DNA of 64,000 nucleotides from Oscillospiraceae bacterium (GCA_902795045.1 CADBJU010000002.1:131115-195114), one strand, 5' to 3'; positions 44,043 to 53,690 are shown, counted from the stretch's first letter. Notes: generated by a model from the sequence alone, not told the origin. Numbers and translations are program-made.

Positions 44043-46100
44043 TTACTCCTCTGCCTCGGGGGCGATGCCGGAGGCGACACCGTCTGCGGAGACCTCGTAA
44101 ACCAGAGCGTCTTCCTCGGCGGCGGGCTCTTCCTTGTACGCCTCTTCAACCTCAACGGGCTGGACAGGAGCGGGCTCGGACAGGGCACGGATGGACAGGG
44201 AGATCTTGTGCTTCTCCTCATCGATGGCGGTGATCTTGGCCTCGACCTCGTCGCCGACGGTCAGCACATCCTCGGGCTTGCCGATGCGGCGGTTGGCGAT
44301 CTGGGAGATGTGGATCAGGCCATCAACACCGGGCAGGACTTCGGCAAAGGCGCCGAAGGGCATGAGCTTGACGATCTTGACGTTGGCGATATCGCCGACC
44401 TGATAACGGCTGGTGAACTGGGTCCAGGGGTTGCCGTCGGGATCCTTGTAGCCGAGGGAGATCTTACGCTTGTCTTTATCGAAGCTGATGACGTAGACGT
44501 CGATCTCGTCGCCGACGGAGACGACCTCGGAGGGCTGGTGGATGCGGCCCCAGCTCAGCTCGGAGACATGAACCATGCCGTCGATGCCGCCGATGTCGAC
44601 GAAGGCACCGTAGCTGGTGAGGGACTTGACGACGCCGTGGTACTTCTTGCCGACCTCGATCTCGTTCCAGATGTTCTCAATGCGCTCACGGCGCTCGGCC
44701 TGGGCGACACGGCGGATGGAACCGACAACGCGCTTGCGGGCCTTGTTGACCTCGGTGATCTTGAGGCGGACAGTCTTCTTGAGAAGCTGGCTCAGCTCGG
44801 CATCACGGGGCAGATCGGTCTGGGAGGCGGGGACGAACACGCGCACGCCCTTGACGTTGACGACAACGCCGCCCTTGTTCTCTTCGGTGACAACACCCTC
44901 GAGCACAGCGCCGCTCTCGACGGCGTCCTCAATATCGGTCCACATCTTGGCGGCGTCCAGACGTTTCTTGGAAAGCATCGCGGTGCCTTCCACGTCGTTG
45001 ACGCGGACGACAACGGCCTCGATGGTATCGCCGACCTTGACGGCGTCTTCGACCTTGATGCCGTCGTCGGTGAACTCGGACGTGGGAATGAAGCCGGAAT
45101 ACTTGGTGCCGAGATCGACACTGATCTCAGTACCGGTAATCGCGACAACCAGGCCGGTTACCTTATCTCCATTATATATTGTTTTTAGCGTCTCCTCCAG
45201 CATTTCATCGAAGGACATCTCCTTCTCAACTGTGGACTGCTCATTTTTGATCTCGTCGCTCATTTTGTTTCTTACCTCCTTAATTATCCACGCAGGGGTC
45301 GATGCACCGGCAGTGAGGCCCACTGTGTCTGCGGCCTCAAGCCTGTCCGTGTCGAGCTCCTCGGTACGCTCGATAAACTGGACATTCCGGCAGTGCTCCG
45401 AACAGATCTGTGCAAGGTGCACGCTGTTGGCACTGTGCTTTCCGCCGATGACGACCATTGCGTCACACTCCGAAGCAATTCTCGCTGCTTCTTCTTGCCG
45501 CGTGGACGTAGCAAGACATATTGTATCAGATATTTTCGCATTTGTACATCTTTTTTTTATGAACAAACAACATTCGGTAAAATTACTGTGCGTCTGCGTC
45601 GTCTGCACCACCACAGTTATAGGTTTTTCCCAAGGATCGGGCTTTGATTTCAGCCATTTTTCCAGTTCTTCGGCATTTTCAAACACTTCATGTTCCCCGC
45701 ACCAGCCGCAGATCGCGTTGACCTCCGGGTGGGCGCGCATGCCGATGACGATGGTGAAGCGGCCTTCCTCCTTCGCCCGGGCTACGATTTTGTGGATAGC
45801 GCGCACCTTGGGGCAGGTGGCATCATGGATCTCGGCTCCCGCCTGCTCCAGCGCTTCGTAGATTCCCGGCGCGGCGCCGTGGGCGCGGACCAGCACCCGC
45901 TCCCCCGCCGTGACCTCCTCCGGCGTGTTCACCACACGCATGCCTTTTTCCTTGAGAGCGTTCACCACGTCCTCATTGTGGATGAGCTCCCCGAGGCTTG
46001 CGCACGCGCCGTGCTCGTCAAGAAGCTTCATTGCCATGTCCACCGAGCGCCGCACCCCGAAGCAGAAACCCGCACTCTCGGCCACGATCAGCTTTTTCAC
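44043..46100 (-). CDS. ispH: bifunctional 4-hydroxy-3-methylbut-2-enyl diphosphate reductase (IspH) / ribosomal protein S1-domain fusion
   Basis: N-terminal about 280 aa is IspH/LytB (GFCFGVRR, CPKV, three Cys ligand contexts). C-terminal half has four S1 OB-fold repeats (G.V..I...GAFV patterns). Confidence 0.9.
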   Translation of the reverse strand: MKKLIVAESAGFCFGVRRSVDMAMKLLDEHGACASLGELIHNEDVVNALKEKGMRVVNTPEEVTAGERVLVRAHGAAPGIYEALEQAGAEIHDATCPKVRAIHKIVARAKEEGRFTIVIGMRAHPEVNAICGWCGEHEVFENAEELEKWLKSKPDPWEKPITVVVQTTQTHSNFTECCLFIKKRCTNAKISDTICLATSTRQEEAARIASECDAMVVIGGKHSANSVHLAQICSEHCRNVQFIERTEELDTDRLEAADTVGLTAGASTPAWIIKEVRNKMSDEIKNEQSTVEKEMSFDEMLEETLKTIYNGDKVTGLVVAITGTEISVDLGTKYSGFIPTSEFTDDGIKVEDAVKVGDTIEAVVVRVNDVEGTAMLSKKRLDAAKMWTDIEDAVESGAVLEGVVTEENKGGVVVNVKGVRVFVPASQTDLPRDAELSQLLKKTVRLKITEVNKARKRVVGSIRRVAQAERRERIENIWNEIEVGKKYHGVVKSLTSYGAFVDIGGIDGMVHVSELSWGRIHQPSEVVSVGDEIDVYVISFDKDKRKISLGYKDPDGNPWTQFTSRYQVGDIANVKIVKLMPFGAFAEVLPGVDGLIHISQIANRRIGKPEDVLTVGDEVEAKITAIDEEKHKISLSIRALSEPAPVQPVEVEEAYKEEPAAEEDALVYEVSADGVASGIAPEAEE

Positions 46101-46795
46101 GCCTTCTCCTCCGGGCTTACGGCAAGCTTATTGATGACGATCTCGCACAGGCGGCCGAAGGTCTCCTCGATACTCATGCCGCCGCTGTCGACCTTGAATG
46201 CATCCTCCGCCTTTTTAAGGGGCGCGGCGGCGCGGGTGGTGTCCTGCTCGTCGCGCCGGATCATATCGTGCAAAACCTCGTCAAAGCTCACGTCATTGCC
46301 CTTTTCCTTCAGCTCGTTGTAGCGCCTGCGCGCCCGCACTTCGGCCGAGGCGGTGAGGAAGATCTTGAGCTCCGCGTCCGGCAGGACAACGGTGCCGATG
46401 TCGCGCCCGTCCATGATGACGTTGTTCTCACGGGCAAATTTGCGCTGCATGTCCAGCAGGAAGCTCCGCACCCGGGGGTGGGCAGAGACGTCGGAGGCGC
46501 ACAGGGAGATCTCCGGCTCGCGGATTTCCCGGGAAACGTCCCGGCCGTTTAAGTACATGCACTGCTCGCCCTGCTCGTTATAGCGTATGGCGATATCGAG
46601 CGTCGGGAGAAGCTCCATGACCGCGTCCTCATCCTTGCGGTCGATGCCCGCCTCATAGCAGGCAAGGCCGAGCGTGCGGTAGATGGCCCCGGTATCGACA
46701 TAGAGAAAGCCGAAGGCCTTAGCCAGGCGCTTGGCCATGGTGCTCTTCCCCACGCCGCTGGGGCCGTCGATGGCGATTGCGTTGAATCCGTTCAT
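46097..46795 (-). CDS. cmk: cytidylate kinase
   Basis: IAIDGPSGVGKSTMAK P-loop, YVDTGAIYR, and MDGRDIGTVVLPDA. Confidence 0.9.
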   Translation of the reverse strand: MNGFNAIAIDGPSGVGKSTMAKRLAKAFGFLYVDTGAIYRTLGLACYEAGIDRKDEDAVMELLPTLDIAIRYNEQGEQCMYLNGRDVSREIREPEISLCASDVSAHPRVRSFLLDMQRKFARENNVIMDGRDIGTVVLPDAELKIFLTASAEVRARRRYNELKEKGNDVSFDEVLHDMIRRDEQDTTRAAAPLKKAEDAFKVDSGGMSIEETFGRLCEIVINKLAVSPEEKA

Positions 46796-46809
46796 ATTGT
46801 TTGCTCCTT

Positions 46810-48039
46810 TTATATAGCGTTTCCGGCGACGAAGCCGGTGGACCAGGCGATCTGAAGATTGAAGCCGCCCGTGTAGGCGTCGAGGTCCAGGACCTCACCC
46901 GCAAAGTAAAGGCCGGAGACGAGCTTTGACTCCATGGTGCGAGGGTTGATCTCTTTAGTGCTCACGCCGCCGGCGGTGACGATGGCCTCGTCGATTGGAC
47001 GAAAGCCGGAGATGCTGACGGGAAACGCCTTCAAAAGCCGCACGAGGCCCAGACGCTCTTGGCGCGTAATGTCATGCACGGGCTTGCCCTCCGGGATACC
47101 GGAAAGGCGTACCAGCACGGGGATCATGGAGTGCCCCGCGAGATCGACCAGGGCGTTTTTGAAGTCGCGGTTTGCGTACTTATTGAAATCCCGCAGAACG
47201 CGGGCGTCGAGCTTCTTTTCGTCGAGACCAGGTTTCAGGTCTATGCTCAGGCGATACTGTGCCTGCCCCATGCGCCGCATGTGAGCGCTCGCCGAGAGGA
47301 CCAGCGGGCCGGAGACGCCGAAGTGGGTAAACAGCATCTCGCCCAGTTCCTTGTAAATAAGCTTGTCGTCCTCGTAGGCCGAGAGCGTCACGTTTTTGAG
47401 GGAGAAGCCCTGCATCTCGGCGCAGTATGTGTCCGGGCTTTCCAGCGGCACGAGGGACGGGCGGCGCGGCGTGACCGTGTGGCCCAGCTCTTCGGCAAAG
47501 CGGTAGCCCGCCCCGGTGGAGCCGGTCAGCGGGTAACTGAGCCCCCCGGTGCAGACGGCGGCGGCGCGGCACGGGAGATAGCCCTTCCCCGTCATGACGC
47601 CAGCCACGGCGCCGTTTTCGGCAATGATCTGCTTTGCGGAGGTTTTCACGATCTTCACCCCGGCCTTGCGGCAGAGGGACGCGATCGTCGCCGCCACGTC
47701 GTTTGCGTTGTCCGACTGAGGAAAGACGCGGTTTCCGCGCTCGGTCTTGAGCGGAAGCCCAGCGTTTTCAAAAAAGGCCATGGTATCGGCGGGGCCGAAG
47801 CGGTTCAGCGCGCTGTAGAGAAAGCGGCCGTCGCCGGGGATGTTCGCCATCATGGTCTTGACATCGCAGTTGTTGGTGAGGTTGCAGCGGCCTTTGCCCG
47901 TGATGCGGAGCTTGCGGCCCAGCTTGTCGTTCAGCTCCAGAAGCACGGTCTTCACCCCGCGGCTTGCCGCCTGATACGCGCACATCATGCCCGCGGGGCC
48001 GCCGCCGATGACGACAAGCTCTGTGGATTCAAGCTGCAT
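46810..48039 (-). CDS. HI0933/BaiN-like NAD(P)/FAD-dependent oxidoreductase
   Basis: VVIGGGPAGMM dinucleotide-binding motif, TGKGRCNLTN, and C-terminal YFAGEVLDLDAYTGGFNLQ, typical of the family. Confidence 0.8.
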   Translation of the reverse strand: MQLESTELVVIGGGPAGMMCAYQAASRGVKTVLLELNDKLGRKLRITGKGRCNLTNNCDVKTMMANIPGDGRFLYSALNRFGPADTMAFFENAGLPLKTERGNRVFPQSDNANDVAATIASLCRKAGVKIVKTSAKQIIAENGAVAGVMTGKGYLPCRAAAVCTGGLSYPLTGSTGAGYRFAEELGHTVTPRRPSLVPLESPDTYCAEMQGFSLKNVTLSAYEDDKLIYKELGEMLFTHFGVSGPLVLSASAHMRRMGQAQYRLSIDLKPGLDEKKLDARVLRDFNKYANRDFKNALVDLAGHSMIPVLVRLSGIPEGKPVHDITRQERLGLVRLLKAFPVSISGFRPIDEAIVTAGGVSTKEINPRTMESKLVSGLYFAGEVLDLDAYTGGFNLQIAWSTGFVAGNAI

Positions 48040-48045
48040 ATGTAG

Positions 48046-48759
48046 TCACTTCTTTCCGAGCAGCTTTGTGATTTCGCCCGGGGTCAGGTGCCGCCAGGTC
48101 CCGGTTTTGAGGCTGCCGAGCTCCACGCCGCCCTCCTCCACACGCACAAGACGCGTGACCTTGAGGCCCGCCTGCTCGCACATCTTGCGCACCTGGCGGT
48201 TTCTCCCCTCGCCGATGGTGACGGAAAGCTGCGCCCGGTCGGGATAGCCCTGGACGATGTCCACGCCCTTGGCCTGCACGGTGACGCCGTCGATGTCCAT
48301 GGGGCGGCGCAGGCGGCGGACCGCCTTTTCGATGTTCTCCCCGGTGACCCAGGTGTGGTAGACCTTGCTCACTTCATGCGAGGGGTGCATGACGCGGTTT
48401 GCAAAGTCGCCGTCGTTTGTAAGAAACAGCAGGCCCTCGGAGTACATGTCGAGCCTGCCCACCGGATAGACGCGGCTGCCGAGCTCTCCGACGAGCTCCG
48501 TCACGTTTTTGCGGCCCTTCTCGTCGTGCAGCGTGGTCACATAGCCCCGGGGCTTGTTGAGCATGAGGTAGAGCTTTTCGCCCTGCTTTGGCAGCACCTT
48601 CCCGTCCACGGTGATGGTGTCAAGCTCCGGATCTGCCTTGTCGCCGAGGCCGGCTTTCACGCCGTTGACCGCCACGCGGCCCGCGCTGATGGCCTCCTCC
48701 GCTGCCCGGCGGGACATGAGCCCCGCGGCGGAGATCAGTTTTTGAATTCGTTCTGTCAT
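48046..48759 (-). CDS. rluB: rRNA pseudouridine synthase (RluB/RsuA family)
   Basis: N-terminal S4 domain (RIQKLISAAGLMSRR) and catalytic motif VYPVGRLDMYSEGLLFLTNDG. Confidence 0.85.
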   Translation of the reverse strand: MTERIQKLISAAGLMSRRAAEEAISAGRVAVNGVKAGLGDKADPELDTITVDGKVLPKQGEKLYLMLNKPRGYVTTLHDEKGRKNVTELVGELGSRVYPVGRLDMYSEGLLFLTNDGDFANRVMHPSHEVSKVYHTWVTGENIEKAVRRLRRPMDIDGVTVQAKGVDIVQGYPDRAQLSVTIGEGRNRQVRKMCEQAGLKVTRLVRVEEGGVELGSLKTGTWRHLTPGEITKLLGKK

Positions 48760-48806
48760 GGTTTGGTTTCCTTTGTATGGCTGTCGGCTCAGATCAGCAG
48801 ACAGTC

Positions 48807-48962
48807 TCTCTTACCTCCCTTTGGAAAAAGGGAGGTGGCCGAAGGCCGGAGGGATCGATTTTCCCGGTTTGTGCTCTGTTCTCCGAAGCTGTGTGCAAAG
48901 CATTCGATCCCTCAGTCACCAGTGTGCGCACTGGTGACAGCTCCCTTTCGCAAAGGGAGCTA
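48807..48962. repeat. composite palindromic intergenic element, family D
   Basis: Serial hairpins cctcccttt/aaagggagg, ggcc-gaa-ggcc, gtcaccagtg/cactggtgac and agctcccttt/aaagggagct, plus long-range pairing ggagggatcga/tcgatccctc. Confidence 0.65.
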
Positions 48963-48973
48963 ACCAGCCTGTT

Positions 48974-50056
48974 TTAGCTTTTATCAATAATGACACATGG
49001 ATCGGCTAAAGCCGCGTCCTCAGCATAGATCAGCGGGAAGCGGGCGAGGGTCGTGCCGTTCTTCCAGTAGAGAAGCGTGCCCGCCCTGTCCCCCGCGCTC
49101 ACGGGCGCGAAGACGAAGCGCGGCAGCTCCGCTGTAAATTCGCTGTCCCTTCCCTTGGGCAGGACGAGCTTCGACCCCGGCGCGGGGACGGCCTGAACGC
49201 TTTCACGGCTGCCGGTGACAACGGGCACGTCGAAGGAAAGCTTCGTGCTCAGATCGTGCAGGGCATAGTCTGCATACGCCCGATCATACAGACGCATGTG
49301 GTCGTTCCAGTCGTCCGGGTCCGAGAGCGTGACGCACACGAGCCGCATCCCCTCACGCTCACAGCAGGAGACCAGGCAGCGGCCCGCCGCTTTGGTATAG
49401 CCGGTCTTGCCGCCGACGCAGCCCGGACACAGGCTCAAAAGCTTGTTGTGGTTTACAAGCGTCTGGCCCGCGGCGTTCGCCGTGCGCCGGGCGCTGAGCG
49501 AGCGGAAGGCGGGGTTTTCCATGCAGGCGCACATGAGCCTTCCGAGGTCCCGCGCCGTGGAATAGTGGGTCGAGGCATCGAGGCCGTGGGGATTATCAAA
49601 GTGCGTGTCCCTCATCCCCAGCGCCTGGGCCTTTTGGTTCATGAGCCCTACAAAGGCCGGGACGCTCCCCGCCGTATGCTCGGCGAGGGCCAGGGCCGCA
49701 TCGTTGCCGGAGGACAGCAGCAGCCCCAGCAAAAGCTCCCGCACGGTATAGCGCTCCCCCGCCTTGAGGTACATGGACGAGCCATCCACCGCACAGTGTC
49801 GGGCCTGTGCCGTGACGCTATCGTCGAACGCGGCATGCTCCAGGCACACCAGCGCCGTCATGAGCTTGGTCGTGCTGGCGATGAGACAGCGGCTGTCGGC
49901 GTTTTTTGCAAAAAGCGTGCTGCCGTCGTCGGCGCAGAGGACGATCGCGCTCTTTGCCTGCACCGACGCCGCCTCCGCATGCGCGGGGACGGGCAGCGTG
50001 AGCAGCATCATGCTTGTGAGCAATGTACAGATTACAGACCGAATAATAAGCACCAC
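48974..50056 (-). CDS. D-alanyl-D-alanine carboxypeptidase (S11 low-molecular-weight PBP)
   Basis: Signal peptide, SxxK (ASTTKLMTA), SxN (SGNDAA) and KTG (GKTGYT) motifs. Confidence 0.88.
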   Translation of the reverse strand: MVLIIRSVICTLLTSMMLLTLPVPAHAEAASVQAKSAIVLCADDGSTLFAKNADSRCLIASTTKLMTALVCLEHAAFDDSVTAQARHCAVDGSSMYLKAGERYTVRELLLGLLLSSGNDAALALAEHTAGSVPAFVGLMNQKAQALGMRDTHFDNPHGLDASTHYSTARDLGRLMCACMENPAFRSLSARRTANAAGQTLVNHNKLLSLCPGCVGGKTGYTKAAGRCLVSCCEREGMRLVCVTLSDPDDWNDHMRLYDRAYADYALHDLSTKLSFDVPVVTGSRESVQAVPAPGSKLVLPKGRDSEFTAELPRFVFAPVSAGDRAGTLLYWKNGTTLARFPLIYAEDAALADPCVIIDKS

Positions 50057-50103
50057 CCTGCTGATATTCTGGGCAGTGCTTATTATGCGCCTTTAAACGC
50101 CGA

Positions 50104-50508
50104 TTATTTTTTGTTGTTCTTGTCCTCGTTGTGTTTATCGATAAAGGCGTCGATGCGGTCCATGACTTGGGGCACCAGGTCGATCACGCGGTCGACGGTG
50201 GTGCTGGCGGGCGGGGTGACATTGACCATGCGCACAACGCCGTCCTTGATGATCAGAAAGCCGATGGGTTCGATCTTGACGCCGGTGGCGTTGCCGCCGC
50301 CGTAGGGGCGGGTCTCCCCTTCCTTCTTGCTGAACTCCACGCCGCCGCCGCCGAAGCCGACGCTGATCCGGGAAATGGGGACCAGCATGATCCCGTCGGG
50401 GGTAAAGATGGGATCGCCTACGACCGTGTCGACCTTGAGAATGTTCTTGACACTCTCCATTGTGTTCTGCATCAGTGCACCGATCGGATTATTCTCCATG
50501 TGAGTCAT
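50104..50508 (-). CDS. ytfJ: GerW/YtfJ-family sporulation protein
   Basis: VVGDPIFTPDGIMLVPISRISVGFGGGG... matches the YtfJ/GerW pattern. Confidence 0.85.
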   Translation of the reverse strand: MTHMENNPIGALMQNTMESVKNILKVDTVVGDPIFTPDGIMLVPISRISVGFGGGGVEFSKKEGETRPYGGGNATGVKIEPIGFLIIKDGVVRMVNVTPPASTTVDRVIDLVPQVMDRIDAFIDKHNEDKNNKK

Positions 50509-51304
50509 TCCTTTCCTCAGACTTCTCTTTTTGGATCTCTATGTCGGGAGTTGTTTCGCTCTGTTTCTCAACGACAGGTTCCGTGCCGTTCTGTTTGGCA
50601 AGCTTGGCCTCCCTGCGCAGGCGCAGCTTGTTTTTGATGAGCACCACGACCACGCCCCAACCCACCGCGAGGGCCATGCGCACCACCTGGATAAGGCGCA
50701 GCGTCACGCTGATTTCAAATTCGACGCTTGGAAATTCTTCAATAAAGTTTGCGTCCGTCCACACGTCGGGCTTGCAGGTGATCTTGAACTTGCGCGCGCA
50801 GATGGGGGCCAGCGTGCTCAGGGCCCAGTTGACGTAGCCGAGGCTCATAGCGGTGTTGTAGGGGTCGATTCCGCCCGCCGTAAAGTGCAGCATGAATTTG
50901 CGCACCGTGAGCTTGCCAAATTTGCCGAGGCCGTTGATCGCCCGCTTGATAAGCTCGAAGATCTCCTCCTTGGTGAAGTTGAGGCTCAGCTTCTTTTTGG
51001 GCTTTTCCTCCTTCGGCTTCTCCTCCTTGGGCGGCTCTTCCTTCTTTGGCTTGGGCTTTTCCTCCTTCGGCTTCTCCTCTTTCTGCTTTTTCGGCAGAAG
51101 CTGCAGGGCAAAGCCGTCTATGCGGACTGCAAGTTTGAACACCTTGTCCACATAGCCCACATCCGCGCCGATGGGCACGAAGAGCACCAGCGCAAGGATC
51201 AGCAGCACGAGTCCCACAAGGATCCAGGCCACCACAGGCAGGTAGATAAACAGCAGCACCAAGGCGACTATGACGCCGAGGGCTATCCATCCGATCAAAC
51301 TCAT
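50489..51304 (-). CDS. DUF2953 (YtfI-like) membrane protein with KEEKPK low-complexity insert
   Basis: N-terminal double TM, (K/E)EKPK repeats, position directly upstream of ytfJ as in Bacillus ytfI-ytfJ. Confidence 0.7.
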   Translation of the reverse strand: MSLIGWIALGVIVALVLLFIYLPVVAWILVGLVLLILALVLFVPIGADVGYVDKVFKLAVRIDGFALQLLPKKQKEEKPKEEKPKPKKEEPPKEEKPKEEKPKKKLSLNFTKEEIFELIKRAINGLGKFGKLTVRKFMLHFTAGGIDPYNTAMSLGYVNWALSTLAPICARKFKITCKPDVWTDANFIEEFPSVEFEISVTLRLIQVVRMALAVGWGVVVVLIKNKLRLRREAKLAKQNGTEPVVEKQSETTPDIEIQKEKSEERNDSHGE

Positions 51305-51924
51305 CCCTCCTCGCTGTTTGTGTCAGGGGCATCCTCCGTGCTTGTTTGTTCCGTCTGCTGGGGTTTGGTAAGCTTGTCGATCGCGCTCTGTATCTTTTCG
51401 AGGCCTTCGCTGCCGCTGATCTCAGGCAGGACGGGCAGCTCGGAAAGCTTCGTGACGCCCATGGTGCGCAGGAAAGCGTCCGTCGTGCGGAAGACGGCGG
51501 GACGGCCCGGGGCCTCCAGGCGTCCGCACTCCTCGATCAAGCCGCGCTCTGTGAGCATGCTCACGGTATAAGAGCTGTCCACGCCGCGCACCTGTTCCAC
51601 ATAAGCCCTCGTCACGGGCTGGAAATAAGCTACCATCGCGAGGGTCTCCAGCGCGCTCTGGGAGAGCATGGGGGGCTTTCGCGTCTCGAGACAGCGGCTG
51701 ATGACGGCGGCAAATTCCGGGGCCGAGCACATCTGCGCCTTGTCGTCGAGCCGCAATATGCGCATGCCGCGCTCCTCTTTCTCATAGCGCTCGGCCAGGG
51801 CGTCCACCGTATCGGAGACCGCCTGCTCGTCCGCCTCCAGCACCAGCGACAGGCGTTTCATGGGCACGCTGTCCCCGGCGGCAAAGAGTATGGCCTCGAT
51901 GGCCGAAGATAGATAATCTGTCAT
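51301..51924 (-). CDS. scpB: segregation and condensation protein B
   Basis: AIEAILFAAGDSVPMKRL N-terminus and two winged-helix repeats; follows scpA. Confidence 0.9.
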   Translation of the reverse strand: MTDYLSSAIEAILFAAGDSVPMKRLSLVLEADEQAVSDTVDALAERYEKEERGMRILRLDDKAQMCSAPEFAAVISRCLETRKPPMLSQSALETLAMVAYFQPVTRAYVEQVRGVDSSYTVSMLTERGLIEECGRLEAPGRPAVFRTTDAFLRTMGVTKLSELPVLPEISGSEGLEKIQSAIDKLTKPQQTEQTSTEDAPDTNSEEG

Positions 51925-52707
51925 TTATTCCACGATCTTTTCCATTATTTCATCCACATTGCCGCCCACGAAGCTGAGGCTGTAGCTGTCCTCGGTGCGC
52001 TCGATGTGGACGCTGCCGATGCTGCAAAGCTCCAGCACCGACACGAAGGTCGCCACGATCTCCGAACGGGAGGCGCACTCGCGGTAGAGCTCCTGCAGGC
52101 TCACGTCGCTGCGGCGCAGACGATTCAGGATCTGAAGACTCTTGTCGCGCACGCTGTAGACGATCCTCTGCGGCACTCTGGCGCTCATGTCCGGCGGGGC
52201 CGCTTTGCCGCCGCGGGCATAGATGCGGTACATGGCGCGAAGCAAATCCACCGGCTCATGTCGGTATTCGTATTCTCTGCCGACCTTCGGCAGCGGCTCG
52301 GGCTGTTTTGCGTAGTAGAGAAGGCCCAGCTCCGAGGCTTTTTTGAGCTCCGGCACAACCTTCTGAACGGACGTGTATACGTCTCTCGCCTTGAGCTGCT
52401 CGAGGGAGGTCATGAGCAGCTCGAGCTCCGACACCTCCTCCTCGTCGGCGGCAAGGAGGGTGCGGGTCTTGATATAGAGAAGCTGCGCCGCCATCTGGAC
52501 AAATTCGCTCGCGATCTCAAGGTCCATGCTCTGGGCCTGCTCCAGCCACGCGAGGTACTGGTCCAGGATGTCGGAGATGCTGATATCACGTATCTCGATC
52601 TTGTTTTTGGAGAGCAGCTGCAGGATCAGGCTCAAAGGGCCTTCAAAGTCCTGCATGGCGTCCTTCTCATGGACGATGCCCTCCAGAAAGAAATTGGGAT
52701 TTTCCAT
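51925..52707 (-). CDS. scpA: segregation and condensation protein A
   Basis: FEGPLSLILQLLSKNKIEIRDISISDILDQYL is the typical ScpA kleisin N-terminus. Confidence 0.9.
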   Translation of the reverse strand: MENPNFFLEGIVHEKDAMQDFEGPLSLILQLLSKNKIEIRDISISDILDQYLAWLEQAQSMDLEIASEFVQMAAQLLYIKTRTLLAADEEEVSELELLMTSLEQLKARDVYTSVQKVVPELKKASELGLLYYAKQPEPLPKVGREYEYRHEPVDLLRAMYRIYARGGKAAPPDMSARVPQRIVYSVRDKSLQILNRLRRSDVSLQELYRECASRSEIVATFVSVLELCSIGSVHIERTEDSYSLSFVGGNVDEIMEKIVE

Positions 52708-52713
52708 GTACGT

Positions 52714-53418
52714 TCACTTATAAAACAGCGTATTGACCGCATTGTTGGCCCACTGGGCAAGCGGGAAAAGCTTCATGAAGCACCAGCGGATCGCGGCGGA
52801 AAGCGGCCTGCCCAGAACGCCGGACCAAACCAGCGCAAGCAGGATCAGGCTGCCGTAGCGCTCATAGCGCATGAGCTTTCGGTAGCTGTCGTCCTCCATC
52901 AGGGAGAAGACGACCTTGGACCCGTCAAGCGGCGGGATGGGCAGCATGTTGAAGATCGCGTAGCCCATGCTGATATAGGCGGTAAGCTGCAGCATGTCCA
53001 GCACATAGGCGCCGACCTTGCTGCCCCCGAGGGGGCGATAGAGCGCGCCGTACAGGAGCAGGAACACCACCGTGATGAGCACGTTGCTCGCGGGGCCTGC
53101 AAGCGCGGTGATGGCCATGTCGCGCTTGGGGTTTTTGAACTTGTTCATGTTGACCGGCACGGGCTTTGCGTAGCCGAAATGAACGGTCAGCATCATGAGC
53201 AGGCCGATGGGGTCCAGGTGCTTCAACGGGTTGAGGGTCAGACGCCCGGCCCGCTTTGCCGTATCGTCCCCGAGCTTATAGGCCACAAGACCGTGGCTCA
53301 GCTCATGCAGGGTGATACAGATAAGAGACGGGATCACGCCGCTCAAAAGCTGCAGCAGATAGCTGAAATCAAAGCCGTTTTTGATTTGTTCCCAGTCGCT
53401 GATCGCAGTCACCCCCAA
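52714..53418 (-). CDS. site-2 protease family (M50) membrane metalloprotease
   Basis: HELSHGLVA zinc motif and NMLPIPPLDGSKV motif; multiple TM helices. Confidence 0.85.
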   Translation of the reverse strand: MGVTAISDWEQIKNGFDFSYLLQLLSGVIPSLICITLHELSHGLVAYKLGDDTAKRAGRLTLNPLKHLDPIGLLMMLTVHFGYAKPVPVNMNKFKNPKRDMAITALAGPASNVLITVVFLLLYGALYRPLGGSKVGAYVLDMLQLTAYISMGYAIFNMLPIPPLDGSKVVFSLMEDDSYRKLMRYERYGSLILLALVWSGVLGRPLSAAIRWCFMKLFPLAQWANNAVNTLFYK

Positions 53419-53554
53419 GATATCGTCATTCTACCAAATTCTGATACAAAATACAAGAGGCCCTTAAATGAAATCGTGCCTGTTTTCGTATAAAAAAGGC
53501 AGTCCGTAGGGGCCGGCAGCAGGATTTAACAAAGAGTGGCCCACTTCCCCGCTT

Positions 53555-53690
53555 TGTCATTGCGAGCCAGTGATCACACTGGCGTGGCAATCCGTTACTC
53601 CCAGCGGCCAGCTTATGGTTTGCGGCAGCTTACGGCCTCCGGCGGGCGGATTGCCACACCAGTGACATCGGTCACTGGCTCGCAATGACA
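53555..53690. repeat. palindromic intergenic element, family C
   Basis: About 40-nt arms tgtcattgcgagccagtga..cactggcgtggcaatccg and cggattgccacaccagtg..tcactggctcgcaatgaca, separated by about 52 nt. Confidence 0.65.

Noticed and set aside
44028-45861. 386-aa and 414-aa plus-strand ORFs opposite ispH-S1
   Set aside because: Antisense to S1 repeats and IspH; the translations are low-complexity Asp/Gly/Leu or Ser/Thr-rich.
44043-46100. IspH fused to four S1 domains as a novel fusion
   Set aside because: To my knowledge this bifunctional IspH/S1 arrangement is a known, common feature of Clostridia, so it is recorded as a feature and not as a discovery.
48777-48977. 66-aa ORF in the rluB/carboxypeptidase spacer (likewise 56544..56864, 56404..57072 and 61408..61602 in other spacers)
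   Set aside because: They are composed of palindromic repeat sequence (families D, A, B) and lack RBSs, so they are spurious translations of repeats.
52006-53493. 495-aa plus-strand ORF spanning scpA and the M50 protease gene
   Set aside because: It crosses two well-supported minus-strand genes and their junction; an antisense artefact.
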